Assembly (NCBI GenBank): GCA_050613775.1
Contig: JBODTK010000100.1
Span: 1 to 64,000 of the forward strand
DNA from: Neocallimastix sp. 'constans'
Lineage: Eukaryota
DNA length: 64,000 nucleotides
Direction of reading: 5' to 3'
Every line of letters begins with the position of its first letter. Within the stretch, counting starts at the first letter, position 1. Below are positions 13,401 to 41,744 of this stretch, one piece after another. The notes under the pieces were generated by a model. The model was not told where the DNA came from and ran no database searches. It worked only from the letters and a program-made list of their open reading frames with translations. Made by a program: the position numbers and the translations under genes.

Positions 13401-13984
13401 ATTTACAAAAACTTAAATAAATTATTTTATTTATTTATATATATTATAAATATATATTATATATATATTTTTTTTATTTATATTAGTTTAAAAAAGAAAG
13501 AACAAGAAGATTTTGATAAATGTGGTTTATGTAAGTTTGAATTAACTAACTAAATAAATAGTATATATGTATATATATATATATTATATACAATAAAAAT
13601 AAATATATAAAAATTTAAAAATTTAAAAATTAAAAAATTTTTTATAAATATATTTTATTATTTTATTAACATTAATAAATTTTATTTTATATTTATAATA
13701 AAACTTAAATTATTTATATTTTTTATTTTTTTTTTTATTAATATAATATTATAATATTTTTTTTTTTATATATTATAGTTGTACCGGATTTAACAGTTGC
13801 TAAGAATGTTAAAACTTTAAGAAATTGGAAAGATGATTGGAATTCAATTAAACTTATTAAATTAATTAAGGTATATTCAAAGAATACACAAATTCAGAAG
13901 GAAGAACAAAAGAAAGCTAATAAAGAAAAGGAAGAACAAAAGCAATTACAACATCAAAAGAAACAAGAAATGCAAGTTGATTAA
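12407..13984 (+). CDS. TMA16: Translation machinery-associated protein 16; exons 12407-12588, 12872-12956, 13170-13262, 13487-13530, 13779-13984
   Basis: Spliced product contains HPYSRKAHQVQRAMLREEK, EKYQWF, YINRNDEEIE, RKGR..PPR, and VPDLTVAKNVKTLRNW, characteristic of Tma16/DUF2962. It is missed by the ORF track because the exons are short. Confidence 0.9.
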
Positions 13985-14035
13985 ATGATAGAAGAAGAAG
14001 AAGAAAAAAAAATAAAATAAAAAATAAAAAAAAAT

Positions 14036-14072
<37 letters not shown>

Positions 14073-14230
14073 AAATAAAAAATAAAAAATAAAAAATAAA
14101 AAATAAAAAATAAAAAATAAAAAATAAAAAATAATAATAAAAAAAAAAAAATAAAAAAATATCTATAATATTCTATAATATTTATTTTTTTTTTTTATTT
14201 TTTTTTTTTTTTTATTTTTTATTTTTTTTT

Positions 14231-14271
<41 letters not shown>

Positions 14272-14970
14272 TTTATTTTATTTTATTAAATTATCTTAAA
14301 AAGAAAACATTCTTTTTTTTTTTTTTTATTTTATATTATTTTTATAATTTATATATATATTCTAACTTTTCAAAATGATACACTATAGAATTTCACCTCT
14401 TTTTTTTTTATTTTATACTTAATTCTTTATTATTACATTTATTATTATTATCTTAACTTTATTTGTATTTTGTATTTTGTATTTTTTTTTATTAATATTG
14501 TAATCATAAATTAATGAATTTAAAAAAATAAAAAATATTTTTATAGAGTCTATTAAAATTATTAAACAAAATATATATATATATATATATATAATTATTT
14601 ATTTATTTATCTATGAATATTAATATTCATAATGGAAAAAAAAAATGTATTATTATTATCTCACTATAAAATTATAATAATAATAAAAAAAAAAAAAAAA
14701 AGCAACCTATTAATTATTTTTAATAATAATAATATATAATACTATATTTATTATAATATTTGTTTAAAAAAAAAATTACATATATAACATATTTATAATT
14801 ATAAAATATCTTTTGTTAATAATAATAAAAAAAAAAAAAAAAACATAACATTAAACATAAGAAAGGAAAAAAGAAAAGAAATAGTAAAAATAATAATTTT
14901 AATAAAATTATAAAAATAAAATAAAATAAAATAAAATAAAAACAAAATTGATAATAATAAATAAAAAAAA

Positions 14971-15009
<39 letters not shown>

Positions 15010-15022
15010 TATTTTTTTATTA

Positions 15023-15056
<34 letters not shown>

Positions 15057-15786
15057 AATATTATAAATTTATTATACATTATAATTAAATATTAACTAAA
15101 AAAAAAATAAAAAAAAAAAAAATATTTTATTTTTTTATTTTTATTTTTATTTTTTTTTTATTTTATTAATATTACAAATAAAAATATAAATTAAAATTGA
15201 ATTAAATAAAAGAGATTTTTACAAGTATTATTTACTTAAATATATATATATATATATAAATATATGTATTTGTTTAATAGAATTAAATTTTATGTAAAAA
15301 AAAAAAAAAAAATTATATATAAATAGATTTAAATATATTAATAGATGAATTAAAAAAAATAAATAAATAAATTAAAATAAAAAGAATAAAATTAAAAAAT
15401 AAAAAAAATAGTCATTTATAAATTATATATATATATGAAAGAATGAACTTTTTTTTTTTTTTTTTTTGGATATATAATAATAAAGAAATTAATTTATTAA
15501 ATTATTAAATATATATATATATTAAAGATAGAATTATGATGAAGATAAAAAAAAAAAAAAAAAAAAAAAAAAGGGTATTATTATTAAATCAATTTTTTTT
15601 TTTTTTCTTTTTTTTTTTTTTTTAGTGATACTATTATGAAAATAACTTTTTTTTTTTCCATATGATTAATTAATGTTATATTATTAATATTATTCATATT
15701 AGAATTGCTAGGTAGTGTCTTTGTTATTTATTATTTGTTTATCAATTTATGGTGATTATTGACTATTTTCATTATGATCATTACTA

Positions 15787-30063
<14,277 letters not shown>

Positions 30064-30627
30064 ATGGTATATTTCTTAAGTAATAAATAGTTAATAATAT
30101 GAAAAAAAATAGAATAAAATGTATTTTTATATTTACTCTTTTTAAAACTCTTTATTTTTATATCTTTTTGAATAAAAATATAATATAAATATATATATAT
30201 GGATTCTATTATTGAATTTTAATATTAATCTATAAAAAAAAATTAATATATATTATAAAAACAAAAAAGAAAAAAAGAAAAAGAAAATGTAATGTAATGT
30301 AATGTAATAAATAAAAAAATGAAAAATACTAATTATTATAAATAAATAAATAAATAAATAAATTTTATATATTTTTTTTTCTATTTTTATATTCTCTATT
30401 CTATTTTTCTTTTTACTTGAATAGAAAAAATAATAATAAATCAAATTAATATTATTTTTTCAAATTTGATTAAAAAAAATCAAATTTCACTTTATGAAAT
30501 GGAATAAAAATCTTAAAAATTAACTACAAGTAAAAATTTTTTTTATTTTTATTTTGTATTTCTCTATTATTTATATTATTGTATTGTGAATTTTTATTAT
30601 AGTTGTAATATTTAGTTGTTAAAGAAA

Positions 30628-30658
<31 letters not shown>

Positions 30659-31563
30659 CCAATATAATAATAATTGAAATTTCAATTTGTTTATATATAT
30701 GTATATGTATATATTAATAACTAATTATTTTTTCGTTAAAATTGGTTCTAAATATTTGTTATTATTATTATATTTTTTATATATAGCAATTATTTTTTTT
30801 TCCTGTTTTGTTTTTTACTTTTATTCATATATGTATTGCTGTTGCTTATTCATCCTTTTCCTAAATGTACTATAAATATTTATATATTTTTAAATATATA
30901 TATATATATTAAATGTACAAATGTATTCTTAATTAATATTATATTAAAAATACTTTATACTAAATAATTCTTTTATATATATAATTCATTTATTTATTTA
31001 TTTATTTATGAATATAAAAATAAATAAATAAATGTTTTCTCTTTTTAAATTTTCAAATAAAAAAAAAATTAATTGATTATAAAATTTAGATTTCTAAAAC
31101 TTTTTTTTTCTATTATTATTAAAAAAATAAAATAAAATAAAAAAAAGAAATATAAAAATAAAAAAAAAAAAAAAATTTTTTTTTTCTTCTTTTTTCTCTT
31201 ATTTCATAAAAAAAATAAAAAAATAAAAAAATAAAAAAAAAAAATTTTTTTAATATAAAAATAAAATTTAATATATATTTAATATACATAAATTTTAATG
31301 TATAAAAAGATATATATAAAATAATATAATATAATAAACTAAAAAAAATAAATTTGTATTATAAAGCATATAGTTACAATAGTTACAATTGACTGTAATA
31401 TATTATACAAAAAAAACAAAATTAAATGAAAAACAATGGAAAAAAAAAAAAAAAAAAAAGTACAACAAAAAAAAATTAAAAAAAAAAATTTTTTTTTGTA
31501 CTATTTTGATCTTTTTTTTTTATTATTTTTTTATTTATTTTATTTATATTTTTATATGCTATT

Positions 31564-31959
31564 TTTTTTTTTTTTTTAGATTGGGATTAATAGGGCCTTC
31601 CGTCTCTCTCATCAACACCAAAACAGTATGGCAAAGAATCCAATGAGAGTCTTAAATGTATAAGACTGTCATCGGATTCTTTGCCTCTTTGACATACTGT
31701 TTTGGTATTGATGTGGACTTCTTTCTAAGCAAGGCGAATATGAAAAGACATTCCTTATACGCCGCTTTTATAGGGATCTATGGATTCATCATCGGGAAAG
31801 GAACTACTACAGTAATCCTCTAACAAATCAAATGCTCTTTGCCCTAATATATATCTAGTCTAGAACCAGGAATACTTACCATGGCGAACAAACGCCAACT
31901 TCATTTATATGGAAAAGTACCTGGGAGGATGAAAATCACCTAATATAGAAAGGTGTGTG
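31564..31959 (-). mobile_element. Poly(A)-tailed non-coding SINE-like retroposon with long internal hairpin
   Basis: GC-rich island with a T-run at 31562-31577 (poly(A) on minus). Flanked by TTTATATGCTATT (31551-31563) and TTTATATACTATT (31960-31972). No long ORF on the minus strand. Confidence 0.6.
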
Positions 31960-32229
31960 TTTATATACTATTAAATATAATTAAATATTAATTATTAATT
32001 ATTTTTATATACTTTAAATGAATCAATATTTGATATTTTTATATAATATTAAATATAATTAGATATTAGATATTAAATATTTTTATATAAAATGATTTAT
32101 ATTTTTATATACTATTAAATATGATTATATATTACATATTAAATATTTTTATACACGATTAAATGATTCAATATTTTTTTAAATGATTCAATATTTTATA
32201 TTTTATTAAAATGATTATTAAATCATATT

Positions 32230-32370
32230 AAATAATATTAAATATTAAATAGGATTATTAAATATTAAATATGATTATTAAATATTAAATAGGATTATTA
32301 AATATTAAATAGGATTATTAAATATTAAATAGGATTATTAAATAATATTAAATAAAATTAAATAGGATTA
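32230..32370. repeat. ~20-bp tandem repeat (AAATATTAAATAGGATTATT)
   Basis: Several near-identical consecutive copies visible. Confidence 0.8.
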
Positions 32371-32949
32371 AATATAAAATTCTTTTTTTTATTATTATTA
32401 TATTAAATATTGTTTTATGGGTTAAATATGAAATAAGTTTATTTATTTATTTATTTATTTATTAAATAATTTATTTATTTATTTATTCATTTATTTTTAA
32501 TTATTTTTTATATTGAAAAAAGAAAAAAATTTTTTTTTTAATTTATTATAAATTAAATTAAAATAGGAAAAAAGATAAAAATAAAAAAAATTTAGAAAAA
32601 ATGGAAAATTACGAATTATTAAATAAAATACAAATAAAATACAAATAAAGTTAAAATAAAATAAAAGTAAAATAAAAGTAAAATAATAATTATTTTTCCT
32701 TTTAATAAAATTCTCCTATGTTTATTTTATATATTATATATATATTTTTATTTTTTTTAACATTTTTATTTTTATAATTTTTATTTTTTATTTTTTATTT
32801 TTTCACTTTAATTCTTTTTAGACAATATTGAAGTAAAGGAAAAAATAATTTAGAATGAGAATATTTATAGGTAACAATATATATTTGACTTTTTTTTTTT
32901 TTTAATGGAAAATGGGGAAAAAATAAATGATAATAATAATAATTACAAA

Positions 32950-33540
32950 TATGATTGATTATTGATTATTGATTATTGATTATTGATTATTGATTATTGA
33001 TTATTTAATTATTTAATTATTTATTTATTATTTATTATTTAATTATTTATTATTTATTAATAAATACTCTTTTTATTATTTATTATTTATTATTTATTAT
33101 TAATAAATACTCTTTTTATTATTTATTATTTATTATTTATTATTAATAAATACTCTTTTTATTATTTATTATTTATTATTGATTATTTATTATTTATTAT
33201 TTATTATTTATTATTTATTATTTATTATTTATTTATTATTTATTATTAATAAATACTCTTATTATTTATTATTCATTATTCATTATTTATTACTTATTAT
33301 TTATTATCTATTATTTATTATTTATTATTTATTATTATTTATTATTTATTATTTATTATTATTTATTATTTATTATTTAATTATTTATTATTCAATTATT
33401 TATTATTTATTAATAAATACTCTTTTTATTATTAATTATCTATTATTTATTATTAACAATATTATTTATTATTCAATTATTTAATTATTTAATTATTTAG
33501 TTGTTTAATTATTTAATTATTTATTATTCAATTATTTATT
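32950..33540. repeat. Heptamer microsatellite array (TGATTAT / TTATTTA) with interspersed TAATAAATACTCTTTTTATT units
   Basis: Direct reading. Confidence 0.8.
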
Positions 33541-33685
33541 TATTGTATCAAAAAAAAAAATAATAATAAATAAAAACAAAATTTTTAAATATATAGTAAT
33601 AATACAAATAATATATATATATATATAAAAAAAAAAAAAAGATAAAAACGATTTCATATAGAGTATAAAATATTTAATAAGAATA

Positions 33686-33726
<41 letters not shown>

Positions 33727-33798
33727 ATTAATTATTAAAATTAAATATACTTAATAACCATTTTTATTTTTTAGAAAATAAAATAAAATAAAAAAAAA

Positions 33799-33831
<33 letters not shown>

Positions 33832-34178
33832 TATAAATATTAAAAACAATTATTTTTATATTTATATTTAATTTTTATTTTATTTTTTATTTCAATTATT
33901 TATTAAATAATTTTTTTTGTTATTATATATATTACTATATTACTTGATAAGTTTTTTTTTTTTTTTTTTGTCATTGTTATTGTTATTATAGGTAGTTTAT
34001 TACTTTAATTTTAATTATATAAATATATATATATATTTTATTTTATTTATTTTATTTTATTTTATTTTATTTTTAATTCCTTTCATTTTTATTCTTCGAT
34101 TATTTTAAGTTACTTAAAAAAAAAAAAAAAAAATTATTATTATAATTATAATTATTAATTTCATTTAAAATTATTTTT

Positions 34179-34941
34179 TTAAATCATTTTAACATAGTTG
34201 GATGGGAAATCTCCTGTTCTACCATCCAATGTACCCTGCCACCAGTTACCTTCAGATTTTATTAAGGTAATGATATCCCCTTTTTTAATAGCTAAATCGG
34301 TAGGTTGTTGAGCATCAAAATCGTATAATGCAACACATTGGGGGACTTGTGGGGCTGGACGTGATGGTAATTGAGGTGGTGTTAAATTTCTAGATTGAAC
34401 AGAGGAAAGACTACTTACTATTAAATTTAATAAATAATTAAAAAATAATACAAAAAAAAAAAAAAAAATTATCAGAATTAAATATCATTTATATTTAAAT
34501 TTAATCCAAGAGGAATGATTATATATAAAAATTAATTTATATATTTATATATATTATTTTTTATATTAATTATTTAATATATTATAGAAAAACTTACAAC
34601 TAATGTTAGGATGATTTTATTATTATAAATTATTAAGAAATATTATTATTATTATTATTTTATGAATATATAATAATAGTAGTAATAATAATAGTAATAA
34701 TAATAGTTTTAATTAGTAATATATATATATATATATAAATTTCAATTTATATTTTTAATGATTTACAAAATAAAAATAGTATTAAATAATATATAATAAT
34801 AATATATTATTCATATAATAATTTTTTTTTTTCTTTTTTTTTTTTTTACCTATTTTGTCTTGATTCTGAAAGTTGACTTCTATATTCATTGAATAAATCT
34901 TCAGCTTTTGGATAAGCAGATACTTGGAAGGTTGGTACACC

Positions 34942-34976
<35 letters not shown>

Positions 34977-36994
34977 TTAAAAATATATATTTAGTAATAT
35001 AATTATATTAAGACTTACTATAATATAATATATATCAAATTATCTAATTATAATTATATATATATATATATTTCTAATAATAATGAAAAAAAAAAAAAAT
35101 TTTTTTTTTTTCTTTCTATATTACTTTGATAATTAACTTCACGATCGAGAGCATTTAATTCATCTAAACATCTTTGATGATAACTTTTTAAAATTTTACA
35201 AAAAGTAGAAATATCTGATTTTTCTTTTTCAGAAATTTCATAAGTATCCGTTAATGGTTCCATTAAACGTTTAGTAACATAAGAATATTCATCAAATTTC
35301 TTTTGATAATTATTAATATTTTCTTTATTATGTATTATTAATTTATTTATTTTTATTATTTTTATTATATATATATATATTTTAAATTTGAATTAATGAA
35401 TTGATAGATCATAAATTTTAATTATAATTAAAATATAAATTTGACAAAAAAAATTTTTTTTTTTGAATTTGAATTTGAATTTGAATTAATAAAAATAAAA
35501 TTAAATAAAATTTAATTATTTTATATAAATATTAATAAATAGATAAAAAAAAAAATAAATAAATAAATAAATTATAATAATAATAATATATATATATATT
35601 TTATACATTTAATTATTATTATTATTATTATTATTTTCCTTTAATAAAAAAAAAAAAAATACCTGTATATTTATCACATTTATAGGGATCACCACATTTT
35701 GCTAATTTTGATTTTTCTGAATTTAAATCTAAACGACAATTATTTAAACGATCAGAATAAGTTTTATAATCTTTTGCAATACCCTTTAAAAATACTGTAT
35801 TTGGACTATAGTTATAATAAAAATAAAAATAATAATAATAATAAAATAACAATATATTAATATAATATAATAATAATATAATATAATAATTGTAATATAA
35901 TGAATAAATATGTAAAAGACATTATTAATATATAATTATATGAGTATAAGAATTTTTATTTACACTAAAATATATCATATTTGATTTTTTATTTTTTTTT
36001 TCTTTTTATTTTTTTTTTTTTTTTTTTTTTTTAATATTTCTTTAAATATATAATAAACTTACTTTAGATAGCCTTGTTTAATATCTTCAGCTAAATCTTT
36101 TTGATACTATTTTTTTTTTAAATGAATCAATTGAAAATATTGAAATAAAATATTATATATAATCATAGAGTTAGATTTATTAATTATTATATTTACATAT
36201 TATTATTTATTTTTTCTTCCTTTAAACAATTTAAAAAAAAAAAATAAAAAAATAATAATAATAAACTATTACTATTAATTAAAAATTTTTTTTTTTTTAC
36301 CTCTCCTAATCTTCTAATGGTTTCATTACAACGAGAGATATGATCTTTATTAAATATAATAATAATTAATAATTAATAATTCGTTAGAATATTAAAATAT
36401 TTTACATATTTTATATATATAAGAAAAAACTATTAATTTATTGAAAGTAATAATAATAATAATATAATATTTAAATATATTAAATATTTTTGTTTCCATA
36501 CTTATTGACTGATAAGAATTACTAGAATCTGAATTACTATTTTTATTATTTATTATTTAATAAATAATTGAACATATACAAATGAAAAAATAAATAAAAA
36601 AAAAAAAAAAAAAAATTAAATAAAGGATATGGTTAGTTATTATTAATTAAAATAGTAATAAAAAATAAAAAGTAATGATAATAATAAAAATAATAATAAT
36701 AATACTATAGTAAAAAAAAAAAAAAAAAATTCAAAATACTTTTTCAATGAATCAATAATAATTTGCCAGGAATTACTAACATGGAATAAAGGTTGACCAC
36801 CTTTAATATTAATAGAAAGTGTTTGATTTTCATATGTAAGTTGTTTTATACGTTCAACAAGTTCACTTTTTTTTTTTTTTTTTAAAAAAAAGAAATATAT
36901 AATATTTATTATAATATATATATATATATATAGAAAGATAGAGATAGATATATAAAATAAGTATATATATTTAAAAAAAGTTTATTTTTTATAA

Positions 36995-37034
<40 letters not shown>

Positions 37035-37177
37035 TAGAATATCTTATTATTTTCAAAAATAATAAAAAAAACTATAAATAGAGTTTTCAATTCATTTTAA
37101 AAAAAATAATAAAAATAATTAAAATAAAAAAAAAAAAATAATAATAAAAATAAAAAAAAGAAATAATAATAAAGATA

Positions 37178-37220
<43 letters not shown>

Positions 37221-37519
37221 TAATGTATATATATATATGAAATATAAGTAGATATATAAATATTTATTTTTTAATTTGTTTTTATCAAATTTTTACTTTT
37301 TTTGTTTTAAAAATGTATTAACTTTTCCTTGTCCCTGTTGAACTTCAGCTGGAACTGCCGTTTGACCTCCAGATCTTGAAACAAATTCAGTAGCTTGTTG
37401 TTTAAATCTTTTTACATGTATATATAAATAGCAATAATAAATTTAAAAAAAAAAATAAAAATTATTTTATTATATATATACAAAAGTTATATATTTTATT
37501 AGTATTTTTTTTTTATGGG

Positions 37520-37560
<41 letters not shown>

Positions 37561-37685
37561 TTATCTTAATTTCTTATATATGTAAATCCATATTAAATTT
37601 TTATTTTCATACTATATTTATAATAATATTATTATTATAATAAAACTAAGAAATGGTAATAACAATAAGATAATTCAAAACAAAT

Positions 37686-37719
<34 letters not shown>

Positions 37720-37828
37720 TTTTGGTTTTTCTGTTTGTTTGTTTGTTTGTTTGTTTTTTAAAAAGAAATATTGTAAAGAATGTATTTATTATTATTATTA
37801 TTATTTACCTGTTGAAATATTTGGACAT
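34179..37828 (-). CDS. BAR + SH3 domain protein (endophilin-like), about 10 short exons
   Basis: Starts MSKYFNR|FKQQATEFVSRSG. Helical BAR-like exons (YKTYSDRLNNCRLDLNSEKSK; EKEKSDISTFCKILKSYHQRCLDEL) are followed by a Pro motif (PPQLPSRP) and a terminal SH3 (CVALYDFDAQQPTDLAIKKGDIITLIKSEGNWWQGTLDGRTGDFPSNYV*). One exon-phase inconsistency (see findings). Confidence 0.85.
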
Positions 37829-38938
37829 TATTATTTTATTTTTATATTATATTATTAAAAAAAAAAAAAAAAAGAACAAAAGGAAAAGAAAAAAGAATAT
37901 TATAAACTGTTTTTTTTTTATAAGAATTTCAATAGTAATTTTATGTATATTGTTTTGTTATTGAATTAAAAGAATAGGATTTTATATTTATCCAATTAAT
38001 AGTTTTTATTTTAAATAAATATTTAGATATTTAATATAAATTAATAAAGAAAATTTACTATTTATTTCTTTTTTTTTATTATTATTATTATTTTTATTTT
38101 CTTCTTAATATTAATTATTAAGTTTAGAAATTTCAAATAAATATAAATTTTAAAAAATATTATTTGAAATTGTCTTATAATATATATAAATTTTAAAAAT
38201 ATGATTTATAATTGTCTTCTTCACACAATTTAATATTTCTTATTTTTAATTATTTTAAAATTTTACTATGAAAATTATTGATAATAATTAATAATTTTTT
38301 TTTAATGTATGTAAAAGAAAATAAAAATGAAGAATGAAAGATAGAATTGATTTTTAAATATATATATATATATTTTTTATAAATATATATATTTTTTATA
38401 TTAATTCTTGTTATTATTATTTGGTTGACAAAAAGTATTTTGTAATATTATTTTGTCATAATAACGAATATTCTTTTTAATTTTTAATATATTTATTTTT
38501 ATTATTATTATTTTGTTATTATTTTAATAAACCACAATAATATTTATAGAAAAAAAAAATAAAATAAAAATATAAATAAAAAAAAAAATTTCAAAAATAA
38601 TTTTTTTCTCTTTTAAATAAGTAAATGAAATAAAATAAATAGAAAATGAATAGAAAATAAACCTAAAATAGGAAAATATTAAAAGTAATAATAATAATAA
38701 TGAAGAAAGATCTTAAATATATTTAAAATAGCGTAGTCTTAATAAGAATAAAATAAATTTATAGGTAATATCAAAAAAATTAGAAAATAAAAAATAATGG
38801 TTTTGGCTCTGACTTTGGCTCTGGTTTTCCCAAATAGTTAATACTTATTATAAACTAAATAGAAATAAAATTATTTTATTTTTTTTTTTCCAGATTATTA
38901 ATTAAAATAAAATTAAATAAAATTAAATAAAAAAAAAG

Positions 38939-39018
<80 letters not shown>

Positions 39019-40849
39019 TAATAATAATAATAATTAAAAAGCTTTTTTTTCGGTAAAGATATAAATAGATCACATCAATCATTTTTTATCACATCACATC
39101 ATATTTAATGTTAAAATTTTGAAGCTTTTGGCTAGCTCAACAATAAAAAAAAAAAAAAAATAGTTTTTAAATTGTTATATATAAGATAGAAATTTATAAA
39201 GAGTTATTACAAATAAATATATAGGTATATTTTAACTTTTAAAAAATGTTAAATATTTTATATAATAAATAAATATTAGATAATAAAAGAGTAATAAAGA
39301 GTAATAAATAATAAATAAATATTTTTTATAGTAAATAAATATTAGATAATAAAAGAGTAATAAATATTAAATATTAATAGGCAAAAAAAAAAAAAAAAAA
39401 AAAAAGAATTAAGAAAAAAAAAATAATTCTTTTTTTTTTTCTGTCATTTTAATCATCTGTCCGTTGTTGTTGTCAAAAGAATATTAATAATAAATTAAAT
39501 ATTATTTAAATAAATGAATAAATAAATAATATATTAAATAAAATGATTTAAATGAATAGATAAATAAATGGATAAATAAATAAATAAATACTAACTATAA
39601 AGTTTTTTTTCTTACAATCAATCATAAGGTAAAAATAAAATAAAAAATTTTATTAATTAAAAATAATTTAAAATTTAATTAATTTAAATTAAATATATCA
39701 TATATTACAATATATTCAATTATAAATGGAATGAATTAAATTTTAATTTTTGATTTTTCGACAGTTTTTTTTTTTCATTTCATTCAAATTTTATATTAAA
39801 TTTTCCTTTTTTTTCTGTTTTTTTAGTTTCTTACATAGTTCATATACTTAACTTTTTCATTTATTTAAATTATGTCATTTATTCAATATATAATTTATTT
39901 ATCTATTTATTTATTTAATTACTTTATTCGATACTTTTAAAGAACTAAACAAATAAAAAAAAAAAAAAGTCAAAAAGCTCAGTAATAAAACAATTGAATA
40001 TCAATAAGTCTAATTAATAAATCAAATATGATTAATTAAAATTATATTTATTAATAATAGTAAAAAGCTAAATTTCTTTATCTAATTACAAAAATAATAA
40101 GCAAACAAGAAAAAAAAAAAATATATATATAAATATATAAATATAAAAAAAAGATTATATCAATGTAAAATTATAAATATATGTTTCGTTTTATTTAATA
40201 TTATAATATATAAAATATAAGATAATAAAAAAAATAGTTAAATAAATAGTTTTTGATTTTTTATAATAAAATATATATATATTTATATATATATTTATAT
40301 TTATTATTAAATATTTACATGTATGTATGTGTATGTATCTATAATATTAAAGCTTTAAAAATTTTTGTTATTAAATTTTTTAATAAAAACTTTAATTGCA
40401 ACCTAACCCTTTTAATAATTAAACTTTATTTTTTATTTTTATGTGAAAGTTTATTAAAAAATTTTTATTTTATTTTATTTTATTTTTTATTGGTTATCTG
40501 AAAAAAAAATAGAAAAAAAATATTTTTAATTAATTAACTAATGATTAATCAAAAATTAAAAAATAATTAATTAAATATCAATCTATTAATAAATTTTATA
40601 AATTTTATAATTAAATATGTTTAGTGTAAAAAAAAAAAAGTTTATCACTATATTAAATATTTATAAATATTCAGAGATATAATATAATCAATATATAATA
40701 TAATCAATATATAATATATAATATATAAAATAAAATATAAAAGAGAATTTTTAATAATTAAAATTTCTATCTAGAGAAATATGAATTAACTTTTTTTTCT
40801 TTTCTTTTTATTGAGCCTATTTTAATTTATTATTTGATATTTATTATTT

Positions 40850-41140
40850 ATTAATAAATACTCTTTTTATTATTTATTATTTATTATTATTCAATAATTT
40901 ATTATTTATTATTATTTATTATTTATTATTTATTATTTATTATTTATTATTTATTATTTATTATTTATTATTTATTATTTATTATTTATTATTTATTATT
41001 TATTATTTATTATTTATTATTTATTATTTATTATTTATTATTTATTATTTATTATTTATTATTTATTATTTATTATTTATTATTTATTATTTATTATTTA
41101 TTATTTAATTATTTATTATTTATTATTTATTATTTATTTA
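40850..41140. repeat. (TTATTTA)n heptamer microsatellite
   Basis: Direct reading. Confidence 0.9.
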
Positions 41141-41744
41141 TTAATTATGAATTTATTTATTTATTTTTATATTCATTTTCTTATTCATTCATTTAGTTGC
41201 TTGTTTATCCTATAAATATTATATATAATAATAAATAATAAATAATAAATAATAAATAATAAATAACAAATAATAAATAATAAATTCATAAATACATAAA
41301 TAATTAAATAATTAAATACATATATTTATTTATTTATTTTATTTCATATTCTATTTTCAAGTTTATTTTTTATTTTTATTTTTATTTTTTTTTTGGTAAC
41401 ATTTATGTTTGTTTTTATTTAGAAGCATACTAATAATAATAACTGGACTTGTGTAATATTTATGCCTTGAAACGTTAAGGATAAGTTTGAGATAAAAAAA
41501 AAAAAAAAAAAAAAAAGGATGAGGAAAGGAAAAGAGAAAAAGAAAAAAGAAGATACTAAAATTCTTATTAATGAGTATTAAAGTTTAAAATTTTTTATGA
41601 AAAAAAAAATATATATATATATATATATTTATCTTTTATTTTTATTTTATTTTTTATTTTTTATTTTTTTTAATATATATATATATGTATAATTTAAACG
41701 AATCTTCTTGTTGAAACATTTTTTTTTTTAATTAAAGATAATAA

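Noticed and set aside
31872..31885. ATACTTACC resembling the U1 snRNA 5' end
   Set aside because: The downstream sequence lacks the U1 loop I (GATCACGAAG), loop II (TGCAC) and Sm site; it lies within a retroposon-like island.
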